A stretch of 64,000 nucleotides of DNA from Leptospirales bacterium (GCA_040326155.1 JBEQLE010000011.1:8077-72076), one strand, 5' to 3'. Counted from the first letter of the stretch, positions 28,437 to 39,145 are shown. A program made the numbers and translations. The notes: generated by a model not told the origin, from the sequence alone.

Positions 28437-29228
28437 TTAATAGTTAGTTTTGTTCACTCTTTTCCATTTGTTGAAAGCGCTCAAAGAGTTATCTGTGGTA
28501 CATTGAAAAACATGCATCGTTCTTGCATAATATGGTTTCGCTAGTTCTTCATAAAGTTCTTCATCTGAAAAATTGACCCCTTGAACAGCCGCGTCAAATC
28601 TGGTGGCAGCAAAAAACATTTTTCTTACATTCGCCCAGCTAATGGAAGAAAAACACATGGGGCATGGTTCGGCGCTGCTATAGATTATGCAATGTGACTT
28701 TTCTCCGGGTTGCGGAAGGTTCGAAGCTCCTTTTTCAATATTACCAAGATTGAATACCCCGAGAGAGTGGCATGCGCTTCGAATCGTCATTACCTCAGCA
28801 TGAGCCGTTGGGTCGTTAATCTTTGTAACCTGATTATGATTTGTCCAATACCGTATAATTTCATTTGTTTCATCATCAATCTGTAAAATTACCGCGCCAA
28901 AAGGACCACCTTCCTTCGCAATAGATTTTTTTGCTTCCTCACAGGCAAGATGCATCCACTGGTCACCCATAATTTGTATCTCTTTATAAATTTCTTCCAC
29001 TTTAATATTCGCAGTCTGCACAGGATAATATTTACAATCATCCTGGTTTGTAAGGGTACAATCCGGAACATATTCATCCCATTTCTGATGATAGTCTGCC
29101 GAATTAGAATTTACCGAAACTATTTTAAATTCGTAAATTTCTCCCTTACCGTCGACCGGTGGGGCTAAATACGGCGGCGCAGCTTCATGTTTTTTATTTT
29201 GGTAGTTAAAGTGCAAAGTTTTATACAT
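28437..29228 (-). CDS. Nucleoside/guanine deaminase (CDA fold) with N-terminal extension
   Basis: GGPFGAV, DPTAHAE, SAEPCPMC; ATG 29228 preferred. Confidence 0.88.
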   Translation of the reverse strand: MYKTLHFNYQNKKHEAAPPYLAPPVDGKGEIYEFKIVSVNSNSADYHQKWDEYVPDCTLTNQDDCKYYPVQTANIKVEEIYKEIQIMGDQWMHLACEEAKKSIAKEGGPFGAVILQIDDETNEIIRYWTNHNQVTKINDPTAHAEVMTIRSACHSLGVFNLGNIEKGASNLPQPGEKSHCIIYSSAEPCPMCFSSISWANVRKMFFAATRFDAAVQGVNFSDEELYEELAKPYYARTMHVFQCTTDNSLSAFNKWKRVNKTNY

Positions 29229-29412
29229 AGTTCTTACCTTTTCCGTTTTTTTGGATGATAACCAGATTATTTTATGATTCAATATACGTACACATTTTTT
29301 TAGTTTTTACATATGTTTAAACATGATTACGCCATGGGTTATGGAACCGCATCTCGATTACGATTGAATATTAAAACCCTTTACCGAATGTCTTACCGGT
29401 CGATCAAACGTT

Positions 29413-29784
29413 ATGGAGTCATTAGCGTGGGTAATGGCCGGCGGGGGTTTTGGAGCCGCTTTACGATTTATTGTTTTTCGCAAAGTCGCTGTAATGGTAA
29501 AACATATTTTCCCCTGGCCTACTCTGGTTGTCAACCTTACAGGTTCATTCGTAATGGGTTTTTTACTCGGAAGTTTCGAGAACCATTTTATAAACGAACA
29601 AACAAAAGCCTTCCTGTTTATCGGATTTCTGGGCTCTTATACAACATTTTCCAGCATCTCAAATGAAGTGGTTTTAGCCATTCGTGAAAAACTCTACAAA
29701 ACGGCAATCGCAGACATATTAATTCATAATATCGGCGGTATCGCTCTGGCTTTACTCGGCTTTTATCTGGGTAACGCTATTTAA
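29413..29784 (+). CDS. crcB: Fluoride channel Fluc/CrcB
   Basis: GGGFGAALR, FPWPTLVVN, GFLGSYTTFS. Confidence 0.92.
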   Translation: MESLAWVMAGGGFGAALRFIVFRKVAVMVKHIFPWPTLVVNLTGSFVMGFLLGSFENHFINEQTKAFLFIGFLGSYTTFSSISNEVVLAIREKLYKTAIADILIHNIGGIALALLGFYLGNAI

Positions 29785-29854
29785 AGGTCTCTCAGGTATA
29801 CAATTTATACAAAAAAAGAATGCAGAATTATTCTAATTTTCCGATGAATACCGT

Positions 29855-30241
29855 ATGACTGGAAAAAAAAAAGTTGAAACGGATATTAAAAAAATTAATC
29901 CTGTGGACTCTGAATGGAGTGATATTTCTAATTTTGTTGCCGCATTTGCGGAAAATAATGAAAGGATAGACAACGGGGTTACTATTTCACATCGAATTGT
30001 GAAAGAAGATGATATCGAACATATACCAGCTTACCAACCGCAGACCGAGTCAACAACTGCCCCTCAAAATCCAATTGGGGTCTCCATTCAAAAAGAGTTT
30101 CATTTCATGGATAAAGAGTTTAAAGAGGTTTCGGGCAATTTTCAGGGAATTAAAAACGAATTAAATGACATGCTCAAAGAACTCGGTGAAATTCGCGAAG
30201 CCAGGTTAAACCTGCAAACACGTCTTGATAAAATCTCCTGA
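29855..30241 (+). CDS. Hypothetical protein with C-terminal coiled coil
   Basis: Heptad pattern in last ~45 aa. Confidence 0.6.
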   Translation: MTGKKKVETDIKKINPVDSEWSDISNFVAAFAENNERIDNGVTISHRIVKEDDIEHIPAYQPQTESTTAPQNPIGVSIQKEFHFMDKEFKEVSGNFQGIKNELNDMLKELGEIREARLNLQTRLDKIS

Positions 30242-30244
30242 TCG

Positions 30245-31471
30245 TCAATACAGACGATAGGGTTCCATTAACCTGCGAAACCTGGCGACATTGCGCGCCT
30301 CTCTTGATTTCCATTTATAAAAAGACAGACCTTCCAGTAATGCCTTGCGCATAGAGTCCGTGCCGGTCAATAAATCAAGTTTATACGAATTCGGATATTT
30401 TAATAATAGATCAATTTCCGGGTACTGCTTTAAAAAGTATAGCAATAGCTGATAGGCAACATAGTCGGGACGATAGACTGCAAGATGAATGGAAACTATT
30501 TTAAACCCCCGAATAAGTTTTCCTTTGTATTTTCCAGTCATGGGTTTATACTGAAAACGTTCCAGGTGAATGCCCCGAATTCGCGGCGGAAGCTTATCGT
30601 GTTTTATACCCGGATGCCCGAAAATACAAAAAGGGTCATTGCTGTTTCGTCCATAATCGAAGGTAGTCGACTCCAGAAAAATTCCCAGCCAGTAACAACG
30701 CAAAGCCCTGTCGTCGGGTATATTCGGTGAGGGAGGTAGAAAAATCGAACGATCAGGAATTTTATTCTTGTTGTAATTTGCCAGCCTCACAAAGGTAATA
30801 TTCAAATTCAGATTCTGCGATTTTACAAAATACCGGGCCAGTTCCGCGTAAGTATAGCCGGGAAAAAAGGCAATTTCCTGCTCCCCTAAATACGAAAAAT
30901 ACTCCGTTCGGGCCACAGGTCCGGTTACACCTAAATACGCCGCCGGGTTCGGATGATCGACAAGCACAAAAACGGGAGGCTTTGTCATGTGACTTACCGC
31001 CACCATGGACCTCGTTAAAATGGTCCTGTAAGTATAAGGCCGCACACCCACATCGGGCAGATCAAACAAAAGGTCGCTGCATCCTTTAAAGAGCTTTCTC
31101 ATCTCTTTTTCGGTTTTCATAAAAACAGAGTAAAAACGGACCCGGTTTTTGCTGAAACTTTTATCCTGAACTTGCTCCATAGAAGTCAGTCCATGCTCAG
31201 GAGTAAAAACTTTATATATTTGTATATTTTTTTCGCTTAGAAAATCTTCCAGTAAAGAGGTTCCAGGCGAAACCCCCGGAAGAAGCAGGTATTTACCCGT
31301 TGCGGACTGGTTCGTAATAATACAAAGATTTTTCCCATGGAATTTGCTCGTAAGCTTTTTATAGAATATTTCAGGGTTTTTACGCGAGAGTGTAATAGAA
31401 CTCTGCTGACCAAAAAGAGGGACTAAAGTGCAGAAGACAAAAAGTATGGGCAATGTCAGCCGTGAGACCAT
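30245..31471 (-). CDS. NamZ/DUF1343-like exo-beta-N-acetylmuramidase
   Basis: ITNQSA, TPEHGL, DLPDVGVRPYTY, PSPNIP. Confidence 0.8.
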   Translation of the reverse strand: MVSRLTLPILFVFCTLVPLFGQQSSITLSRKNPEIFYKKLTSKFHGKNLCIITNQSATGKYLLLPGVSPGTSLLEDFLSEKNIQIYKVFTPEHGLTSMEQVQDKSFSKNRVRFYSVFMKTEKEMRKLFKGCSDLLFDLPDVGVRPYTYRTILTRSMVAVSHMTKPPVFVLVDHPNPAAYLGVTGPVARTEYFSYLGEQEIAFFPGYTYAELARYFVKSQNLNLNITFVRLANYNKNKIPDRSIFLPPSPNIPDDRALRCYWLGIFLESTTFDYGRNSNDPFCIFGHPGIKHDKLPPRIRGIHLERFQYKPMTGKYKGKLIRGFKIVSIHLAVYRPDYVAYQLLLYFLKQYPEIDLLLKYPNSYKLDLLTGTDSMRKALLEGLSFYKWKSREARNVARFRRLMEPYRLY

Positions 31472-32835
31472 TATTTTATGTATACAGTTTTAACGTTTGC
31501 AAACTCAAGCATTCCATATTCTGAAAGTTCCCTTCCAAAACCGGACGACTTAATACCCCCAAAAGGCAACCTCGGGTCAGACTTTACAAAATCGTTCATA
31601 AAAACACTTCCAGCCTGAATTTTATATCGGGCAAGCTTTTCCATACGGTCAATATCCTTACTGAATAGAGCCGCTCCAAGACCATAATTCGTTAAAGCCG
31701 CCAGACGAACGGCCTCAAGCTCGGTAGAAAATGAAGTGACGGCCGCAACCGGACCAAACGTCTCTTCCTCCCACGCTGTCATACCGGGTTTTACACCCGA
31801 TAAAATTGTAGCCGGATAATAAAACCCTTTCTTATTCGGAATTTTACCTCCGAGTTCAAGTTTCGCTCCTTCTTGAACCGTTCTCTCAACCTGAATATGA
31901 ATATGATCTCGAAGATCTTTGCGCGCCATCGGCCCCAGGTCTACTTCACCATCTGGAGCACCCATCTGTTTGGATTTCATTTTTTCTATAAACATTTCCA
32001 TAAAGGCAGGGTAAATTTTTTCATCGACAATAAAACGTTTCGCAGAAATACAGCTCTGCCCACAGTTTAACAACCTGGAATTTACACAACTCTCCACGGT
32101 TTGTTCCAGATCGGCGTCTTGAAACACAATATAAGGGTCAGACCCTCCCAATTCCAAAACCGAGGGTTTCAGGTTTCGACCGGCCAATTCAGCGACAGCC
32201 TTCCCGGCTTTCTCACTTCCTGTCAGCGAAACTCCCTGCACAAAATCATTTTCTAAAATAAAAGGCACTTGATCAACCGATATGGGAAGATTTTGAAAAA
32301 CTCCCTCTGGGTAACCCGCATCTATAAAAACCTTTTCAATCGCCATTGCGCATTTCATAACGTTTGGAGCGTGTTTTAGCAGTACTGAATTACCAACCAT
32401 AATGACTGGCAAGGCAAAACGAAAAACCTGCCACAGTGGAAAATTCCAAGGCATAATTCCAAGAATAGTTCCCAGGGGTTGTATGGTCACATAACTTTTT
32501 GACGCTTCTGTTTTTATCTCTTTATCTTCTAAAAAAATTGGCCCGTTTGTGGCATAATAATCGGCTAAAACTGCACACTTTTCGACCTCAGCAAGCGACT
32601 GCGCAATCGGTTTACCCACTTCAAGCGTAATGAGTTTCGCAAGGTCCTCTTTTTGCTCTCGCAATATTATCGCAGTTTTTTTTAAATATTTTGCACGAGT
32701 GTACAAATAAAGCAACCTCCACTCCATATAAGCGTGGTGCCCTTTTTCAATTTTATTGATAATTTCTTTTCGATTTACAGGTTCAAACGTTTCAATACGT
32801 TCTTCTGTAGCCGGATTAATACTTTCCAGTTTCAT
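31471..32835 (-). CDS. NAD(P)-dependent succinate-semialdehyde dehydrogenase-like aldehyde dehydrogenase
   Basis: IMPWNFP, LELGGSDP, GQSCIS, EETFGP, PFGGIKSSGFGRE. Confidence 0.92.
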   Translation of the reverse strand: MKLESINPATEERIETFEPVNRKEIINKIEKGHHAYMEWRLLYLYTRAKYLKKTAIILREQKEDLAKLITLEVGKPIAQSLAEVEKCAVLADYYATNGPIFLEDKEIKTEASKSYVTIQPLGTILGIMPWNFPLWQVFRFALPVIMVGNSVLLKHAPNVMKCAMAIEKVFIDAGYPEGVFQNLPISVDQVPFILENDFVQGVSLTGSEKAGKAVAELAGRNLKPSVLELGGSDPYIVFQDADLEQTVESCVNSRLLNCGQSCISAKRFIVDEKIYPAFMEMFIEKMKSKQMGAPDGEVDLGPMARKDLRDHIHIQVERTVQEGAKLELGGKIPNKKGFYYPATILSGVKPGMTAWEEETFGPVAAVTSFSTELEAVRLAALTNYGLGAALFSKDIDRMEKLARYKIQAGSVFMNDFVKSDPRLPFGGIKSSGFGRELSEYGMLEFANVKTVYIK

Positions 32836-32871
32836 GATAAATACCACCCAAACGAATTAATTTCGTTATTT

Positions 32872-33741
32872 CTAAAGTTCTATTACTAGGTTAGGTATCT
32901 TTTTTAGAGAACCGTCTTGCATCAAGGGAAAAAGGTGAGCCATATCACCCGGTGTTACCACCAACTCTCCCCAGATTGATCCGCATTTTTGAAGAACCTG
33001 GAATGCTTCTTTCTTTTTATTGACCCCGACAAGAGCCTTTGCATGAAGATAAAGTGCTTCTGGGTCAGAATCACCCCATTCATCTAAATGAAGTTTAATA
33101 TGCGCCAGCGCTTCTTCATAATTTTGTTTTTTTAAATAGATATCGGCTATAAGGTCGTGATACAAAAACTCATTAGAAAGTTTCGAACAATGTTCGAATA
33201 AAATTAGCGATCTCCAGAGGTATCCGCTGTAATAGTATATTAAAGATATCTCAAGATAGACAAAGTATAATTCTGCATTTCTTTCTTTTGCTGCAATCTT
33301 ATTTACTCTCAGGCATCGTTTCAAAATACTGATGGCCTCTTTTGAGCGGTTTTTCTCACGCAAAAACTGTGAATAGATGAGAGAGTATCGGGTATTTGTG
33401 GGAAATAGACAGACCGCTCTGAGATATAAACGGTTTGCCCGTTCCATATCGTCCAGTTTATGAAACATGGTTGCGCCAATAAATGCAATCTGACCACTCA
33501 CTGGATGCCTCGAAAGCAAACCATCGACATATTCCACAGCCGATTTAACATTACCTACCTGCATTAAACAGCTGACCTTAATATTTGCTATTTTCGAGAT
33601 CAAATGTATATGGTCAGTTTTTTTCTCAACAATCGTTAACAGGTTAAATGCTTGAGTATATTTTTCTTGTTCAAAAAGCGATAGCGCTTTTCGAACATCT
33701 ACAAAGATTTCTTTTCGATTATTACCCATTTCTATACCCAC
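32872..33741 (-). CDS. TPR-repeat protein
   Basis: Helical TPR-like repeats. Confidence 0.7.
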   Translation of the reverse strand: MGIEMGNNRKEIFVDVRKALSLFEQEKYTQAFNLLTIVEKKTDHIHLISKIANIKVSCLMQVGNVKSAVEYVDGLLSRHPVSGQIAFIGATMFHKLDDMERANRLYLRAVCLFPTNTRYSLIYSQFLREKNRSKEAISILKRCLRVNKIAAKERNAELYFVYLEISLIYYYSGYLWRSLILFEHCSKLSNEFLYHDLIADIYLKKQNYEEALAHIKLHLDEWGDSDPEALYLHAKALVGVNKKKEAFQVLQKCGSIWGELVVTPGDMAHLFPLMQDGSLKKIPNLVIEL

Positions 33742-33872
33742 TTATACACATAAAAACACTATTGCTATTCTGTCAATAAAAATCAGGATATATAATTTAA
33801 TAATTTTCCCCCTGCTCAATGTTGTACAGTGTACCTTTCCTTTAGTATCGACAAAGAAAATGAGCAACCACT

Positions 33873-34595
33873 ATGAAAGACGAAATCTATAAAAACAGGC
33901 GCAATAGAATCGAGAAATTTACTTTTAGCAAAGAAGTATCTCAAGTTTTTGATGATATGATTCGTCGCTCTGTTCCCGGTTATCTCGAAAATATTTTTAT
34001 GTGTACTGACCTGATAAATGAAATTTATAACGGAGAAGGCATTTTATACGATCTTGGATGTTCAACCGCAGCTCTGCCCATATCTTTAAGTGAAAAATTC
34101 AATGAAAAACCGTTTACATATACAGGTATCGATAATTCAGAAGCAATGGTAGATAAAGCCCGAAACAACACAAAAAACCTGCCTGAACACCATAATATTC
34201 AATTTGTTGCAGGGGATATTCGTGAATTCGATTTCTCAAATGCTGCCATTTTCATCGCCTCTTATACTCTACAGTTTATTCCACCCGGTGAAAGAGAAGA
34301 GCTGGTGAAAAAAATATTCGACCGGCTACCACCCGGCGGAACTTTTATTATGAGCGAAAAAGTACTTGAAGAACATATACAAGCGACTGAAATTTTCAAA
34401 ACTATGCATTACTTGCTAAAAAAAGACCAGGGCTACTCTGATATCGAAATCTCCCAGAAAAGAGAGGCTATTGAAGAAATACTTGTCCCCTTCACCGTCG
34501 AAAATAATTTGAAAATGCTGAAAGAAGCCGGGTTTGCGTCCGCTTCCATTTTTTTAAAAAAATATAATTTTACATCGTTTATAGCTATAAAATGA
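33873..34595 (+). CDS. cmoA: Carboxy-S-adenosyl-L-methionine synthase
   Basis: FDDMIRRSVPGY, YDLGCS, YTLQF, EISQKRE; coupled to cmoB. Confidence 0.93.
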   Translation: MKDEIYKNRRNRIEKFTFSKEVSQVFDDMIRRSVPGYLENIFMCTDLINEIYNGEGILYDLGCSTAALPISLSEKFNEKPFTYTGIDNSEAMVDKARNNTKNLPEHHNIQFVAGDIREFDFSNAAIFIASYTLQFIPPGEREELVKKIFDRLPPGGTFIMSEKVLEEHIQATEIFKTMHYLLKKDQGYSDIEISQKREAIEEILVPFTVENNLKMLKEAGFASASIFLKKYNFTSFIAIK

Positions 34596-35587
34596 TACCA
34601 GTCAATCTAAAATACCTCGAACCCTATGGTGTAAATATCCGTCCTTTAGAACGAGATCTCTACTTGCGTCATCGTTATTTAACGGACCCATTAAATATGA
34701 AATTATGCCGGGCGCTGGCACACGTTCCCGACGTTAAAGCTGAAATAAAAAATTACTCCGGCTCGGTTGTTCAAATCGGCGATCGCTCTGAAATTGACGA
34801 GCCAACATGGCAAGCCATCGATCAGGGTTTACATTCTTTTATTCCCTGGAAAAAAGGGCCGTTCAATATTTTCGGAACAGAAATTGAGGCCGAATGGCGT
34901 AGCGATCTGAAATGGGACCGAATCGCCCCTTACATGGGTTCTTTGGATGGAAAAGTAATAGCAGATATCGGCTGTAGCAATGGTTACTTTATGTTTCGAA
35001 TGCTGGATGAAAACCCCCAGTTGGTTTTCGGTATTGACCCGACCAGAAGGGTGAAATTGACGTTTGAGTACCTGCAAAATTTTGCCAGAGAAGATAAACT
35101 TAAAACTGAACTTCTCGGGTTTGAGCACCTGCCCGCGTTTACCGAAGTTTTTGATATAATATTTTGCATGGGTATTTTATATCATCATAGCGACCCCGTT
35201 AGTATTTTAAAAAATAGTCTACGGGCTTTAAACCCAGGAGGGCGAATTATTCTCGAAACAATGGGAATATCGGGAACGGACCCGGTTTGTATTTTTCCCG
35301 AAAAAAGATACGCAAGCATGAAAAATGTCTGGTTTATTCCAACACAGACAGTCATTGAGAGCTGGCTCATTCGAGCGGGGTTTGAAGATATTGAGTTAAT
35401 TTTCAATGAGAAATTATCGAGCAATGAACAAAGGGTCACCGAATGGTCCCCCGGTCTCAGCTTGAAAGATTTTCTCGATAGCGACAACCCCGAAAAAACC
35501 ATCGAAGGGTATGAACGTCCAAGCAGAATATATTTTGCAGCGAGAAAAAAAAATCTGCCGAAATTCCCGCTCCGAAATTCCCGTTAA
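34592..35587 (+). CDS. cmoB: tRNA U34 carboxymethyltransferase
   Basis: PWKKGPF, EWRSDLKW, MGILYH, YASMKNVWFIP, TIEGY. Confidence 0.93.
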   Translation: MIPVNLKYLEPYGVNIRPLERDLYLRHRYLTDPLNMKLCRALAHVPDVKAEIKNYSGSVVQIGDRSEIDEPTWQAIDQGLHSFIPWKKGPFNIFGTEIEAEWRSDLKWDRIAPYMGSLDGKVIADIGCSNGYFMFRMLDENPQLVFGIDPTRRVKLTFEYLQNFAREDKLKTELLGFEHLPAFTEVFDIIFCMGILYHHSDPVSILKNSLRALNPGGRIILETMGISGTDPVCIFPEKRYASMKNVWFIPTQTVIESWLIRAGFEDIELIFNEKLSSNEQRVTEWSPGLSLKDFLDSDNPEKTIEGYERPSRIYFAARKKNLPKFPLRNSR

Positions 35588-35644
35588 GGGTTTAAAGCAA
35601 AGGTTTTTTGTTGACGATACGGTACTGCTCATGAGTCCTAACTC

Positions 35645-36622
35645 ATGAGCCAGATAAGAAGACCACGTAGAAACCGCCGTAGCGAAGCCATTCGTTCTCT
35701 GGTCCGAGAAACATATGTTCCGGTAGAAAAATTAATTCACCCGATCTTTATAGTAGACGGAGAAAATAAAAAAATACCCGTCGAATCTATGCCGGGTATA
35801 TTCCGATTCTCCCTCGATCTTGCCTTAGAAGACGTGCGCGAATGCCTCTCGCTGGGAATTCAAAGTGTTATTTTATTTCCTGCCATTGAAGAAAAGCTAA
35901 AAGATGCAACGGCCTCTTATAGTACAAACCCGGAAAATATTAATTTAAGGGCCATTCGAGAAATAAAGAAACACTTTCCAGAAATTACTGTAATAACCGA
36001 TGTTGCCATGGACCCCTACAGTTCGGACGGTCACGATGGACTGGTTAAAGACGGACAAATCTTAAATGATGAAACATTGCCTATTCTGGCGAAAATGGCT
36101 TTGGCCCAGGCTGAAGCGGGGGCCGATATTCTTGGACCTTCCGATATGATGGACGGTCGAGTTGGATTCTTGCGCGAAGCGCTCGACGACGCCGGATATA
36201 CAAATGTTGGTATCATGTCTTATACTGCTAAATATGCGAGCGCTTTTTATGGACCTTTTCGAGACGCTCTGGACTCAGCGCCAAAAGCTGGCGATAAAAA
36301 AACCTACCAGATGGACTATGCCAATACAACCGAAGCTTTAATTGAGGCCGAACTGGACACCCTCGAAGGGGCCGATTATTTAATAGTGAAACCAGCTCTG
36401 GCTTACCTCGATATTATCAAGACGTTAAAACAAAACTGCGATCTTCCCATTGTTGCCTACAATGTCAGTGGGGAATACTCTATGGTCAAAGCCGCTGCCA
36501 TACAAGGATGGCTTGAAGAAGATAAAATAATGGTCGAAATGCTGACCAGCATTCGAAGGGCCGGAGCCGATATTATTATCACTTATTTTGCCAAACAATA
36601 CGCGAAATTCATGAAAAGTTAA
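35645..36622 (+). CDS. hemB: Porphobilinogen synthase
   Basis: PSDMMDGRV, KYASAFYGPFRDA, IVKP, AYNVSGEY; Asp-rich (non-Zn) metal site. Confidence 0.97.
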   Translation: MSQIRRPRRNRRSEAIRSLVRETYVPVEKLIHPIFIVDGENKKIPVESMPGIFRFSLDLALEDVRECLSLGIQSVILFPAIEEKLKDATASYSTNPENINLRAIREIKKHFPEITVITDVAMDPYSSDGHDGLVKDGQILNDETLPILAKMALAQAEAGADILGPSDMMDGRVGFLREALDDAGYTNVGIMSYTAKYASAFYGPFRDALDSAPKAGDKKTYQMDYANTTEALIEAELDTLEGADYLIVKPALAYLDIIKTLKQNCDLPIVAYNVSGEYSMVKAAAIQGWLEEDKIMVEMLTSIRRAGADIIITYFAKQYAKFMKS

Positions 36623-36643
36623 AACGCGTTTCTTGCGCAAAAA

Positions 36644-38029
36644 CTAAGCTTTCGCTGTTATATAAGTGTTCAGATCACTTCCCGGAACCGGTTTTATTCC
36701 AACGGATTTCATCAGTGAAACAGCTTCGCCGGTAAAATTTCCGCTTGATATAAATACGCCTGCATGAGCCCGAATACCATCCATGAATTTAATTAAAATA
36801 TCAACCTGATCGACGTCAAATAACGAAACATTCCTGCGAATAAAAACAGCTACGCGGTCAAGATCGGCAAGTTTGTTTTCTGCAATAATATTCACTGCAT
36901 TATCGCTTCCCATTTCAACACGCACCACTTTCAGGTTCATCTTATCCATTATCGAGTCGATTGTTTTTTGAAAGTCAACATGTGACAATTTATCAAAACC
37001 TGCGTTTTGGTTAGAGTCCATAGCCGGTTTAAAAAAACGTATTTTGTCTTGAATTTCTCGAAACTCAGGATCAATCTGAAATACTGTTTTATAAAGTTCT
37101 ACCGCCTCGGGGTAATCTCCGTTGGCTTCATATAGTTCGGCCATGAAGTATTTAGAATTTAAATCAACGATAGGATCTTCATATTTACTGAGAACGGCTT
37201 CCAGAGATTGACGACTGTATGTAAAAGCCGAATCCATAGTCCCTTTTTCATAATTGTAAACCGCCAATCTGTACAAAGTCGTTTTAATAAACTCTTTTGC
37301 CCGAGCAGCTCTTGAAAAATACCCCATAGCTTCTTCTTTTACACCAAGCTTATACAAAGATTCGCCAATAATAAAATTAGCTTTTAAGTTGTCGGGGTCA
37401 GCCGCCGCCAGAGGACGCGATTCCTGCAAAGCATCGTCATATTTTTCATTTTTATAGTACAAAACAGCAAGTAGATATTTTACGTCATAACGCTCCGGGT
37501 AGGTGTTTAACACTTCGAGTAATAAATCTCTAGCTTCATTATCAAATAGACCGGCATCAAACTTCAGTTGAATAATATAAAGAAGATGATTCACATTCTG
37601 AGGCTCTGCTTCCATCAATTTGTAACAAACCTCCATTTGTTCATTGATCAGTTTTAACCGTTCAAAACGTTCCAGTAGCTCATGCAAAACATCAAGTTTG
37701 TTGAACCTTTCTATATCGGGAAGATTCTTTTCGGGAATTATATAGTTGTCGATTTTAATAATTTCATTTAACGGTTCAATTGCTTCAACGTCTTTTCCCT
37801 TTTTTGTTAAAGAAAGCGCCAGGTACCAATGAAACACTGAGTTGTAAGGATGATCGTAAATACAATTTCGAAACGCCGCTTCGGCCTGGTCATATTGGTT
37901 TAAACTATACAGGTTTAAAGCGTCGTAAAAGGGCTGCATTTTATTGCCTGTATTTTTTTTTATATAAATGTAAATACCGCCAATTAAAATTGTTATTACT
38001 GCGAATAAAATAAAAGCAAATACCATCAA
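36644..38029 (-). CDS. Membrane-anchored TPR protein with C-terminal Mrr-like (restriction endonuclease fold) domain
   Basis: N-terminal TM; many TPRs; C-terminal GVFISSGNFTGEA Mrr-type signature. Confidence 0.75.
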   Translation of the reverse strand: MMVFAFILFAVITILIGGIYIYIKKNTGNKMQPFYDALNLYSLNQYDQAEAAFRNCIYDHPYNSVFHWYLALSLTKKGKDVEAIEPLNEIIKIDNYIIPEKNLPDIERFNKLDVLHELLERFERLKLINEQMEVCYKLMEAEPQNVNHLLYIIQLKFDAGLFDNEARDLLLEVLNTYPERYDVKYLLAVLYYKNEKYDDALQESRPLAAADPDNLKANFIIGESLYKLGVKEEAMGYFSRAARAKEFIKTTLYRLAVYNYEKGTMDSAFTYSRQSLEAVLSKYEDPIVDLNSKYFMAELYEANGDYPEAVELYKTVFQIDPEFREIQDKIRFFKPAMDSNQNAGFDKLSHVDFQKTIDSIMDKMNLKVVRVEMGSDNAVNIIAENKLADLDRVAVFIRRNVSLFDVDQVDILIKFMDGIRAHAGVFISSGNFTGEAVSLMKSVGIKPVPGSDLNTYITAKA

Positions 38030-38067
38030 CGCCTCTTTTTTGTTTTTTTACTTAAAGAACACGTTTT

Positions 38068-38949
38068 TTAATAAACTTCTATGTGCCACCTTTTTTCTTG
38101 TTTAAATTCTTCGCGCATTTCTTCCCAGTTTTTACCTTTCGAGTCGGCGACTTTTTCAAACAGGTCATTTATACCTTCCTCTACTCCTTTTAAACCGCAT
38201 AAATAAAAAGAAAAGTTCTTCTTCTCTATGGTTTCCCATATCGCTTCCTGGTTTTCTTCTATGGAGTGTTGTACATATTTTTTTTCACCGCTGCGACTTA
38301 AAGCCTGAAATGCTTTAAAAGTTTCTTCTTCGTAATACTGACCAATGTCATTATTTTCATCATTCATATAAATGGCTTCCATACCTGTTTTTGCCCCGAA
38401 GAATAAAAACAAGTTGCCATTCCATGATTTTCTTTCTTTATAAATATGATGAAGGAAAGCTCGAAAAGGGGCTATTCCGGTGCCGACAGCGACCATTATT
38501 AAATCGGTTGTATCGTCTTCGGGTAAAATAAATGTTCGGCCTACCGGTCCGGTTATAAGCAGTTTTTCGCCTGGAGTCAAGTCGCACAAATAATTCGATG
38601 CAAGCCCTTTCACGATCTTTCCGGTCTCTTCGTCTGTAAAAATGACCCGCTTCACGGTCAGGGCAAGTATGCCCTCTTGGCCGCCTTCTCCTCCCCTGGC
38701 CGACGCAATGGAGTAAAGTCTGGGTCGATTTCTTTTGCCGCGCTCGTCTTCGCCAGGTACAATAACACCGATCGATTGTCCTTCTTTATAATGAATACCG
38801 CTGCCTTTGAACTCAATGAGCAGGTGTCGAATGTCATCGGGACTATCGGCTCCTGTAATTCTGGTACTTTCCACCAGAGTAGCCTCAAATGGTTTGCTGG
38901 GTTTATATACAATGCCTTCTAATTCCAGTTTTTTTTGTGTTATATTCAT
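38068..38949 (-). CDS. Ferredoxin--NADP+ reductase, plant type
   Basis: RLYSIAS, GLASNYL, GTGIAPFR, YLCGLKG, C-terminal EVY. Confidence 0.93.
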   Translation of the reverse strand: MNITQKKLELEGIVYKPSKPFEATLVESTRITGADSPDDIRHLLIEFKGSGIHYKEGQSIGVIVPGEDERGKRNRPRLYSIASARGGEGGQEGILALTVKRVIFTDEETGKIVKGLASNYLCDLTPGEKLLITGPVGRTFILPEDDTTDLIMVAVGTGIAPFRAFLHHIYKERKSWNGNLFLFFGAKTGMEAIYMNDENNDIGQYYEEETFKAFQALSRSGEKKYVQHSIEENQEAIWETIEKKNFSFYLCGLKGVEEGINDLFEKVADSKGKNWEEMREEFKQEKRWHIEVY

Positions 38950-39145
38950 TATAGACTCCGGTTAGAAAATTCGATAATGTAATTTAAGCACAATTCGATA
39001 AATTTTCAAAAAATACCATTTTATATTATAAAAAAACCTGCTATTTTTTATGGTTCGACCCAACATCCATATAACTTCTCCCCGCTTTAAAAATGAAAAG
39101 AGAGAACGCCGGTAACGGTGACTGGCGAACCGGCCTGAAAAAACT

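Noticed and set aside
29330..29412. Fluoride riboswitch upstream of crcB
   Set aside because: Only a weak GGTTATGGAACC stem; I could not match the conserved pseudoknot and 3' motif. Needs an Rfam search.
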